Shown: one piece after another, positions 13,076-24,814 of the stretch
Position numbering within the stretch: the stretch's first letter is position 1
Layout of the letters: each line of letters begins with the position of its first letter
Assembly (NCBI GenBank): GCA_951406725.2
Contig: OX597814.1
Location: 155,434,001-155,498,000, forward strand
Direction of reading: 5' to 3'
Source: Octopus vulgaris
Lineage: Eukaryota
DNA: 64,000 nucleotides
The notes under the pieces: generated by a model
Databases searched by the model: none
The model's input: the letters and a program-made list of their open reading frames with translations, nothing else
Told to the model about the DNA's origin: nothing
Program-made: the position numbers and the translations under genes

Positions 13076-14229
13076 TTAGCTGAATTTATGAACTTTAAAA
13101 GCTTTCGGCCGCTTACAATACTCAACAAAAGAAAACACAATGGTTTCAAATAATGTATCGAATAGAAGTTAACTCTTTTGCTATAGTTTCAACTTGCAAT
13201 CGTAGTTCTCTTCAACTTCCTCTTTCAGCTTTCGATCACATCGTATCTACTTCCGCTACTTTTCTTCCCCAGTTTCTTATATCGCAATTTTCCCAGATAG
13301 ATTATATACAAGTGTCGTGGGTGTTTTTGTAGGCCTCTTCGTATTAGAGAGTAAAATCTCACGCACTCTTTGCCAACGTGTCTGTGCGACTCTGTGTATC
13401 TGTGCTTATTTGTATGTGCGTGTGTGTTTGTGTGTATGTGTGTGTGTGTGAATGTAAGTATCTGTATATGTGTGGCCTGTGCTTTTGACCAATTAAGCAA
13501 CATAATCTTAACATTGACTGGATAGCGAGTTAAACGTAATGTGTCTCTTGGCTAGTTGAAACCATAAGGAAATTCCAATTATTTGAAATAACTTTCCTCT
13601 TATGTTATTGATCTTCAAAAAGCCTTAATTTAGAACAATTTCTATTTTCAACCCACTTAAGATATAAAGATTTGTATAATTAAATCCGTGTGTCAAGCAT
13701 CTTTAAGAAGAAGTAGGCTTCTGAAGAATCGTGTTTGTGTCCGCTATAATCACCATTTGCGGTCACGCCAGATTACTTCGGATTCAATAACTTAATAAAA
13801 ATACATTATCCCACAAAAGGATTTTTACTTCCTCATATACCTGCGTAAATTTTCTTATACATATTAACTGAACCTTTCAGAAGTGCAAACGAATCAACAT
13901 TTAAAGGGAGCATGTTTAACTAGTGAGTAAATATATGTATGATTTGTATATATTTTGAAAAAAAACTATGATGTAGCGGAGAGGGAAGAGAGCTGTGCTA
14001 TGACTTATATCAAAATTTATTATATTTCATTGATTTCTAATGTTTTAAGATATTAGTGCTAGATGAATTATAATTTATTCTTCTACATTATCACTACAAT
14101 ACAGCTACTATAAACTTAGATTTTTAGTTTTAATTTGATGAAATAAAATCCAGAAATGTTGTGAATATAATTCAATGCCCCATTGAACGCATGTATCAAA
14201 CATTTGTAAAACATAACCCACAATAATAA

Positions 14230-17200
14230 CATAATGATAATGATTCTTACTATATTGGCCACAATGGTGGCACACAAAAACAAAGGACGGTATATCACAA
14301 AGGACAATGGGGATTGACATACATTGCATGTAAAGACGAAAATGAATAACAATTAACAATAAAAATTCGGACAATAAAATTCCCCAAGAGAAGGGAAGCC
14401 CCACAATGGCGCAACTAAGGATCCCACTCACCCTTACACACCGAACGCCAAGGTCACTTCGGGCGGGCACCTCTCTCCTTTCTTTTCTATCTGGTCTACA
14501 GGTGCATGCATAGGGGAGGTCCATTCCCAAGTGCTATCATCGCCCATCCACTCACCTTTCAACAAGTTACTGGTCGGCAGCACTTCCCTCTCCACACTCA
14601 CTTTCGTTGCCCGGAATTTGAAGAAGTTGATGAAGTTTTGGCTGAAGAAGAAAGTGTCTGAATACGGGATATCGCATGTCTGCTCCTCACCGACCAGTTT
14701 ATCGACAAATGCTAACTTTTGGCTAACAACTTGGTCAAAATCTTGTAATCTGCAATTAGCAGACTTACGGTCCGAAAATGATCTATTTTGTCTCTCTTGT
14801 TTAGGTCCATTCTCTGCAGCATCACCACGCTCCAGCTCACATTACTGGAAATTCTCCAGTTCTTTTGCCATTTGTGGTAGACATCTGCCAAAAGATCACC
14901 GAACACATTTGGTATATGAAAATAAAGCTCGAAAGGTAGATCATCTATCTTCAGAGATTACTCCCTTGTGCAGCTTATCTTCGGATTTTACTGGTATTTC
15001 GCAGAACCCCGAACCCCGTGTGCTCCGTATAGTTCAGCAAATACCACTAAAATTCTGCACACATCTGCTTGGATTCGAGTAGCATGGGTCCGTCCCAGCC
15101 CATCAAAAATCGAATTGGGGCTTCACTGTCGCGTTGCACCTACGCCACCTGGGTTAACCGAATGTCTTTCATCTTTTCGTGTCTTTGAGCACGCGCTCTA
15201 GCTCTGACAATGCAACCTTCGTGCTTGGTATTGAAGAATTGATAAAGGTGTAATCTCTCTGCCAGCATGTTGGATGCTATGCCTTACCCTAACGCCTCTA
15301 CTCTATTAGTCCTCTTCAGGGCTATTCCTCCGTCGGTTGTTGACGACTGCACCCAAGGACTGCCGATGACTAACTTGCTAAGTCGGTCTCTGAAATCTTG
15401 ATGTGCTGAGAACGAAACGTTCAGTTTCCAGTATCTCGGGTCCTGCCTATGGATCCAATATAAGTAAATCGTATCTAGATCGATTGTGTAGCCAACCACC
15501 TCGAACTGTGAACAACATATGCTCCTTCTATCTACGGCCTGCCGAATACTAGATAGGATCTGGAAGATTTGATGCTATTTGCACATGTCCACTTTGGCGT
15601 TTTCGGCAAATTCAGTCGGTACCTCTCAGTCAGTTGGAAGCGGCTGAGGAAGTTTGTGAGGCTTTCGAACCCATCTTTTCTATCGGCAAGCCCCACCCTA
15701 ACCAGGCGTGCAAGAAGGTACTTGAGTAGCATTAAATATCGAGACGGCCAAAGGAGAACTTCCAAACGCTTGAAGAAATCAGACTGCCTGTCCCAGTCGG
15801 AGCGTACTTAACAACTACTCTATAAGCACCACCTTCACTATTGATCTTATCTAGAAGCACCAACTTATCATCCGGGTCCAGCAGATTTAGCTCTTTTCTA
15901 AACAGCAATAGCATCCCATTCCAGAACGACTAAGAGATGCACAGATCTCGAAGTCGCCACAAATGGGGGTTAGTGTGCGCATGAAAGAAACCCTGGACTC
16001 ACTGTTGTCTATCACACCGAAGCCTTTTAACCTGACCTCACTTCCAGGACGACCCCAGGTCATGCATATTTATGAAACCTATTCTAATAATCGCCATGTT
16101 AGTTGAAAATGCTGAGTGGGGTTACTTATCCTCTTTGTGCTATTGGTGGGCTGTTGGCCCGACTCCCGAGTTTGGATGGGGTTCCTTTGGGAGCCCCTTT
16201 AGAAGTCTGCTGGTAGCATTTATATTCAGGGTTCCCCAGCATAGGGTAAAACATCCCAAACAGACTTGAACATTTTAAGTAGCATTCACACGAGCATCAA
16301 GTCTTCTGGCGCTTTAAAATGCTGGTGCCATAAAATGCACCTGCCTCTCCCTATATTTTATTCATCGTTGGCTCTCCTCACAAGCACGAAAATTGGTCTC
16401 TGTGTGGTTGACTATTGTTGTGTGAGGTTTCTTTTTGGGGCAAGGTGGGTTTGCGTTAGTGATGGTGGTGCTCGGGGAGGTAGCAGTGGTTATATTGAAA
16501 GTTATAGTGCTGGTGGGGTTGGTGGTGTGTTTTCGATGTGTATATGTTTGTTGAGAGAACGTTTCCTATGTTTTCTTGTGTGAGTTTTGGTGTGAGGCTA
16601 GGCGTTTTTGTGTTTCCTTTTTTGGGGGTATTTGGGGTTCCTCATCTTCATTACAAGATGTGAGGAACCAGTGTCTGTTGAATATGTTTGTGTGAGTGCC
16701 TATGTGTGTTTGGGAAAGGGAAAGCTGGGATGTGAGACGCTCCTGGCAGTTCTTTCTGTTGTTTTTCTTGTTGATGTTGGTGGTGAAAATGATGGTCATG
16801 CTGAAGTTGCTAGGGCTGTTGTTGTTTCAGTTACTTTAGTTGTTGATGTATCTAACGGTCCTGTTGGCTTTGGAGATGCTGGTGTAGTTAGTGTTCCTGT
16901 TGTGGCTCTAACTGACGGTAATTTTGGCATTCCGGATGTCTCTGTTGTTGTAGTAGTAGTTGTTGTTGTTGTTGATGATGATGATGATGATGATGCAAGT
17001 ATGGCTAAATTTTCTTTGTTGTAGATGAGAGTGTATTGTTGGTGGTATAGGTGGACTCGTGTCCCATATCTTTTTTGGACATAAAGCTGACAAAGGTTGC
17101 ATTTATAAGTTCTACCTTCTATGACAACACACAGTTGGACAGCTCTATGAACTTCGGAATTCTTTGTATGATCTCGGACTTCACATATAGCAAAATCTGT

Positions 17201-17620
17201 AGGTTTATCCCTGATCAGTTCTCTCTGCTTTGTTTGACCATTAGGAGTGTCTCCGGGTCCCCTAAGACTACAAAGGTCACGATCCATCAGATTTTCACAC
17301 CAGGCAGGACACCCTGTATCAGCAGCCTGGCAGTTCTGCTCGAGTGATATGTTGGATACAGGATATACTCCTCAATTCAATAGTGTGTTACTAAGTGTTT
17401 TCGCGTGAGGTCCACACTTTTGAGGAGGATGTCGATACTGCTAAACTGTCTTCTCTTTGCATGTGGGCCACATCTTCCATAATGTTTTTCAGAGCCTTCT
17501 CCACTTGACTAATTGAGGCCGCCTCGGTTCATCTGCTCTTTAGTGAAATACATACGTAATGGACTTATCTTTTTGCTCGTTTTTCCATGATTTCTGATTG
17601 CTGCCTTACTCCATTCAAAT
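14230..17620 (-). mobile_element. decayed Tx1/L1-clade LINE (ORF1 with Thr-rich tract, APE endonuclease, RT N-terminus, 3' end)
   Basis: Minus remnants GAYRVVVKYAP, RYWKLNVS, KIDHFRTVSLLIADYKILTKLLAK; 3' end ..tgtggccaatatagtaagaatcattatcattat; many frameshifts. Confidence 0.8.
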
Positions 17621-19158
17621 TTAATAAGTGTTTAGGTTTGAGCCAGTTCCCTATTTTTGTCATCTAGAGCTACAGGAAATATTTCTTTTTTCAAAAAATA
17701 ATATACCCACAGGGAACTCAAATCTGCGGTAAAAAAAATACAGCTATTGCATTAATTAATATATGATTTAGTCATATGTGTTGAAAGCAATATATTCTGA
17801 CCGATTTCTCTGCGATATAATAACGCAAAGTACTTATTAAATTATAGACAGTAAATCTTCGCTTAAATACGGAGAAATGCTCGCGTGTATGTGTGTATGT
17901 ATGTGTGAATGTATGTGCATGTGTGTGTCTGTTTGCGATGTGCACCGATGACATGTCCAAATATTAGCTACAGATTTATTAACGAAGTTTTGATATGCTT
18001 CTCCCCTCCATTAAGTTCTCACGATGTTCTCATGAGACTACAGACACTTCAGTTATCAGAAATACAGTAAAGTAGTGAATGGTTCGTTGGAAACTCGTAA
18101 TAAATGACGCTGTTCTTCATTAAGTGCGAAATAAAACAAAATAATAAATGACTATGAAAGTAGTTGTAAAGCGTCTTTCGATGCTGTGCCATTTCATTGG
18201 CGAAAATAAATTAAAGGTTGTGAATGAAAGCAAACGACGAAAGAAAATTTATGCTGACATTATACTTGAAAAGAACAAAGCATATAACCATCATTAAGCA
18301 ACAAGCGATGCGATCGAGTGTTTGAGTTAGAAGTATAAGTTGTTTTGTGAACATGGACCGTAAAGATCAGGAACTGGTATAGACCAAACGAATAAAGATT
18401 AGAAATAAACAAATTTAATTCTGTGCACATATGAAATCTTCGAAAGCAAAGATCTCTTAAATGCAACGAGAACTTTATTATTATAATACAAAATAAAAAA
18501 AAAAAAGACTTAGGTACGCCTTTTAAATCAAATAGCTTTATCAAAGTTGTAAAGTTTCTAAATTTAAAAATGTCAGCTACATATTAGTTTTTATAACACT
18601 TGAACGAGACATCAAGTATTAAAGTATTTCTACACTATTGGTTGTCTCATTTATTTTCTCCATGATTATCAGAAGACTTGCTTGTGGTATATTATAACAA
18701 TCGACATTTTTAGAATATACAGCTGGGAACTGTTCTGCAATGTGAACATACGTGTCTTATTGTATATAGTTTGGAAGCTGGTAGGGAATAAGTTTTCCCA
18801 ATTTTCTCGACCATAACTTAACAAAGACCACACTGGAAACTTTGCAGTAGGCTTAATGATCTTTGTAACTTCATAGCTCCATAAGTTACGTTGATATATT
18901 GTGTTTTCTTCTGAATAATATCTGCTCCAGCTTGCCAGAAGGAACTCATGCAGTTCATCTCAGTTTCCAAACACACTTGTTGATGGTAGCTGAAAATTAA
19001 CTTAGATTCCCAGTAGATTATTGATTTCAAATTTAAAAAAAATATTGCATTCTTGTTTATTTCCATTGATTTTTTTACATCAAAAAACGAAGGAAAATTT
19101 AAATTGTATATTTAACACATACTCACTCATATACACACGCGCTCGCACACACACACAC

Positions 19159-19212
<54 letters not shown>

Positions 19213-19599
19213 GCTAGCTCGTGCACACACAAGAACACACACATTAGCAGCAGTCTTAGCAAACAAAATACTATCAACTTAATCATATAAACCATAAAAA
19301 CTGCACCATTAAAAATGATTTTCTTTTTGAATATTCGCAAATATATACGTACAGTGTTTATGTTTGGTGTGTATTTTGTTCCAACATATTTAAGTACTGA
19401 CTTAAAAATCAATATATACAAAAGTAAAGGAAAAATTGAATACCACATTTTTATTAACTGATATAGGCGATTCAAATTACATATATATATGTAGATTAAC
19501 TCTCTTATTTTTTTACACAAACATACTTCATGCAATTACTATCAGAAGTGATGCAATTACGCTATCGTCAACCCAACTCACGAATCGTCTCTGAAAAGA

Positions 19600-20560
19600 T
19601 TCAGCTATGTACTGTTATAACCACTTCTTCACAGTCACTTTCGTTTTACCTATGTCATCAAATCTTTGTTTCATAGGACCAAGCAGTTGGGAGGTGGCGG
19701 GCACCTGATCAGAGTGTTGTACGGTGGAACGGAGAAGAGTAACCAGCTTAATTTCCTCATTGGCTGATTTGTTACCAAACACGTGTGTTGTCACGCATTG
19801 TCACGGTAAATGTGGATCGTTTTCAGATTCTTGTTTCGTCTCTTCTTAACGGCTTCTTTAATATTTTGAAGTATTTCTTTGTATTGCTCGCTCTTCACTG
19901 CATAGCTACGTTTCAGGAAATCTAGGAGAATGATGCATATGTCATGCCCCAAATCAGTCACCATGATTTTTGTTCGATAGCTAGTTCTTGAATATATTTG
20001 GTCTTGGAGAAGAGGTACGGTGCCATTCCATACCATTCATTTTCGGATCATAAAGGTAAACTCATCATACATGCCTTGCCATCAGATTGGAAACAAATTG
20101 TGTGCTTTGGCTTCAGGCGCTTCTAGCAGACAAGATTAGGTTTTCATACTTCTCGCCTTTAAATCAGGTATCAACAACCGCATTTATCTATACCCAAAGT
20201 CTTCTATTATCTTCTGTGTTACATTGTGACCATTGCCCAGTTGTATCGCAAGCCCACGGACTGTGATACGTCACTCCACACGAAGCAACCCGTCAATTGT
20301 GAGTAATCGTAGGCAATATTTTTCTACCTGTTGTGTGGTTTGTCTTTAATGACATTTCCCCCTTCTTTGAACTTCTTAATGCTTCTGTGCGCATAGCTCT
20401 TGAATCATGTCTTCGTAAACAACCTATTGTTATTTGCGATGCCGAACGGCCTGCACACCTTCATCATGAGTTCATATTTGCCTGCAATGAAGAAAAACAG
20501 GTTGAAGAGTTTCTATCGAGAAAGATACCAGCATGGGAAATTTGAATGAACTTGGTCAGT
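19600..20560 (-). mobile_element. mariner transposase relic
   Basis: ORF 19791-20036 KIMVTD..IILLDFLKRSYAVKSEQYKEILQNIKEAVKKRR..YRDNA matches the mariner KxMxTVFWD..DFL..HDNA catalytic region. Confidence 0.75.
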
Positions 20561-21801
20561 TAATAAGAACGTTATGTCGACTACTTCTTTTGGTATAATT
20601 AAAATTCGTGATAGTAGCAGGTAGAATGTTATATTAGATATTTCACTCCAACTATTTCGTTCCCTTGTTTTGGTCTTTTGCTATATGAACTGTATCTGGA
20701 GCAATAATTATACATGCACTGTTTGGAGATTTGCGGCGCATAATGCTTACAGAGATCGAACTAGCGTTTTAGTGAAGGAAGTGCTCCACGTGGGTAACAG
20801 TAAACAAGCAGTAATAGAGACAGTGGAATATAATATTTATTATATATCTAGTGCGGTATCATAATGAAATTGCTTCGTTTGATTAATATAAATTACCTAG
20901 TAGCTACCATATTATTTCAGTTGTAGCTGGCAAAATTCATCTTCTGATACTAATTATAATTAGCCGTTATAAAATAATTTCTAGTAATATCAGTGACCTA
21001 TAACAAATAGCCACATAAGTTATATTCTTACTAATGAAAAAGTAAAAATGAGCAAAAATCTAGTGGATTTATTTTGCCCTTGGAAGAACGAAAGCGTGAG
21101 TTAGCTTTACCATCATTTGATTTAAATATAAAGAAGTAAAGTTAACAATGCAGTGGAGGTTTCAGGGTTCAAATCCCAACGAGGTCAACTTTGTTTATCA
21201 TCATTCCGGCGCCAATAAGATATTGTATCAATGAAGTAAAACCAAATCGATTTAATCGACCCTTCTTAATATTAACCCTTATATTGAGGAACAGACCTCA
21301 AAATGAGAAAGCCTTTGTACGACGTTAAAATAAAAAAAAAAATCAATGTTTTGGTGAGCTCTATGACACTTTCGACTTCGGGCAATTTCTATAATACTTT
21401 ATATCTTACGCAAGTCAACCTGTCGGAGATGATGCCTCTTTCAATTATACCAATCGTAATGAACGGGTTTTATACTGTCATAAATCTGCCGAAGTTAATA
21501 ATGAACAAGTATTTCGTCAAGTACTAAAATGAAGTTATATTATAGATAGATTGTTGATGTTCTTGCAGTTATCATTATTGTTGATTCGCTGCAGGCTAAT
21601 CTTGATTGAAAAACCAATGATTGAAAGCATTCTTCTAAGAGTAAGTTGATGCATGTATGCGTGTATGATCGTATGTATATATGTATGTATGTATGCATGT
21701 ATGAATATGTGCGTGTGTATGTATATATGCGATATATGTCTATATGCGTATATATAATATAAAATATCTCTCTCTTTCCTTCTCTTTCTCTCTTTCTCTT
21801 T

Positions 21802-21878
<77 letters not shown>

Positions 21879-22244
21879 TTCCGAATGGTTAAGAATTTGC
21901 ATAGCAATCATGAGGTGCTGTTTTCTAATTTGCTGTCCGCTATCTTGTGGAATGCAATTTTCTGTAAAATTGGATCGACAAAGTCATTGTGATTTAAAGT
22001 CAGTGGAGAGAAAATTAGCAGAATCCCTCGGATGGATTGTAATTGTAACTGAAAGGTCCACTCTTGTCATACTAGGTCAAACTGATTTCACATGAGAATT
22101 ACATTAACAGTCAACGTATTTCTGGCGTACTCTTATACGCTATTGCAATGATGGTGGTAGTTTAGTAGATTTAGCAACTGAACGTTCTTGGTTTGAAACT
22201 CTCTCTCTCTTTCTCACACGCATGCACACAATTTTTATCTTTCT

Positions 22245-22450
22245 TTTTTACTTCTTTCAGTCATTAGTCTGCAGCCCGCTGGGGAACCATCTAGAGGAAC
22301 TTTGGTAGAACGAATCGACACCTGTACTTACTTTTTTAAAGTCAGTTGCTTATTCAATCGGTTTTTATTTTCGCCGAACTGCTAAGTTACAGGGCGCATA
22401 AACGTACCAACACCGGTTGTCAAGTGGTGGTAGGAAAAAACAAACAGACG
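22245..22450 (-). mobile_element. SINE family B, 3' half
   Basis: Shares tttcagtcatt..gaatcgac..ttattc..gccgaac.gctaagttac.ggg.cgtaaac..ccggttgtcaag with copies at about 31490-31685, 39400-39570, 41775-41970, 47190-47310 and 59690-59860. Confidence 0.7.
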
Positions 22451-23094
22451 CAAACATATATACGTGTGTATGCGTGTGTGTATCTGTGTGTGTGAGTATA
22501 TATTCATATAGATGCACAAACATATATTGCTTTATGTATGTACACATCAATGTGCGAGTAGTTGTAAGAGTGGTATCAGAGGTTCTTTCCCCACAAGTAT
22601 CTCAAACTACATTATTAAATTCTATCTTTTCTTCGTTAAGAAGTGCGATGTGATTAGAGGTATCTGTGGCTGATAGAAATATAAAGCATGTAATGTCCAA
22701 ATGAGTATATATTGTAGTGATCACGTTTGCTGTGGGGTGGTTATTTCCCCTGTCAATGTAAATAAAATGCACTCACTATAAGTTCATTTTAGCTCTTATT
22801 TCTAGCAATGTAGGGTCTACCCAATACCCTCAGTCACAACGAGTGACAAGTGAATTTTTCCTTTTTGATTTTATATTGCGCATAGCCACCTTCATTATTT
22901 TACATATATGTATATGCATACATACACACATACATACATACATACATACATACATACATACATACATACATACATACATACATACATACATACACACATA
23001 CATACATACATAATACATACATACATAAATACATACATAAAATCATAATTTAGAGTATCTAAGAGATACCACCACGCTGGAAATAGCACTCAAT

Positions 23095-23300
23095 ACCAGT
23101 TTCAAGGGTTTTCGCACAGAAGCCCTATTTCCGACGATGCGATTTCTGGTGGTTTTCGGTACATGAGGAAGTCCGGAGGCGGTGAAAATAGCTTTGCTTG
23201 TTTATCCAGGTGTCCCATGTAACTTGCGGCCAATATTGCTTAAATCCCTAGCTGTAACAGTCTTGGAGGTCCCGCAATTGGATCGTTTCTACCTTCGTGC
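23095..23300 (-). mobile_element. Tc1-like transposase fragment (HTH region)
   Basis: Minus translation RSNCGTSKTVTARDLSNIGRKLHGTPG*TSKAIFTASGLPHVPKTTRNRIVG..RKP resembles the Tc1 GRP..T.RD.R.I..T..R.L region. Confidence 0.5.
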
Positions 23301-23624
23301 TCATATCACTGAATAATTCATTATGTCAATAAATGTTATTATATTATTATGGTTTTTGTTAAATATATACTCAATGTATGCTTAATATATATCATTACCC
23401 TTCATTTTCTGAAAAACTAAAAATCTCTAGATGGGCTACTTCCATTCAAAAGCTATTTGTGTGGCTCACCCCAAAATTGAAAAATTTGAAATAAAAAAGA
23501 AACGCCGTTACACAGAATAATGAAAATATAAAAATGGTGTAACCATAGTGCGAAAACCAGCTGGGAAAATCGAGTAACAGAAAACCGAGAAATCCTAAAT
23601 TTCATTCTTAAGCTAATTGCGTAT

Positions 23625-23684
<60 letters not shown>

Positions 23685-24347
23685 AAAGGATGTGTTATGA
23701 TACTATTCCACATATACAAAGACAGCCAGGCCAAGAATCAAATATACCTTCATCATCAGCCGCCCCACGGATATCATTATGGTTTTGACACCTGGGCAGT
23801 ACTCTTCAATCCGGCGGTATCAACAGCACTAAAATAAGTGTTGTTGAGAACAAACATACCAAAGAAACCACAATTTTCAAATACATTTACCCTATGTACA
23901 ACCGTATCGGTAAATAAATTCAATAAGTAAATTACAACCAACTCCTAAATACGTAACTAAGCAGCGGACAATCCTTTAAGTCATTCAAATTTTATAATTC
24001 CCCACTGTCTTCCATAGTATATTATAAAAGTGAAAGCCTAATAAGCACGTTCATTCATTCAATCAAATTACAGGCAGGATTAAACAAAGAAACACATAAA
24101 CCAATGTACATCGTATCGGTTATTAAAAATAAACATGCTACATCGCGAACAATCTTTAAGTTCATACAAATAATAATCTCACCAGTCTTCCATACTACTA
24201 CTTTATATAAATCTCTTCAAAACAAAACAAACGCGATTGAATTAAATTAAACTAATAATATAGTTATGATTGAAATATATTATTTCATTATTCAAAAGTT
24301 AATGATAAAACATTACATACAGTTCTATATTTAAGAGATGAGGAATT

Positions 24348-24668
24348 ATGTACATTATTTACATTATTTACATTTGACGGATATTTGTCCTCATCTTACT
24401 TGTTGTTAACACAACGTTCAGCCTTCATCAGATGTCTTGTAGAAATTTCGAACCTGGGTTCACATTCCTAAGGTATTTTAATAATAATAATGATAATAAC
24501 GATAATAATGATAATAATAACATCGAAAAATACCTTAAGAATGGGAACCCAGGTTCGAAATATCCCCAAGACACCTGATGAAGGCTTGAGGGTATATCAG
24601 CCGAAACGTTGTCTTAACAACAAACAAGACGAGGACAAATATCCGTCAAATGTAAATAATGTAAATAA
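24348..24668. repeat. inverted pseudo-LTR pair with (AAT)n spacer
   Basis: 24348-24480 is the imperfect reverse complement of 24526-24668; the left arm lacks about 15 nt of the hammerhead stem II/GAAA region. Confidence 0.85.
24570..24615 (+). ncRNA. type-I hammerhead ribozyme motif
   Basis: gacac-CTGATGA(24575-24581)-aGGCT-tgagggtatatc-AGCC-GAAAC(24603-24607)-GTT-gtctt; intact core, palindromic AACGTT stem III. Confidence 0.75.
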
Positions 24669-24814
24669 AACACTACATACTCATTACTATATCATCACTA
24701 CAAGCTATGATATTAAATTACCAATAACTAATAGAAACATTACATTTAATTAAATAGGAACTAAAAATAGTACTTGTGATTAACAATTATTATAAAACCT
24801 TGTTATGTTTAAAG

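Noticed and set aside
16608-17287. Thr-rich mucin-like ORF and its Val/Asp-rich antisense ORF
   Set aside because: Low-complexity part of Tx1 ORF1, not a host gene
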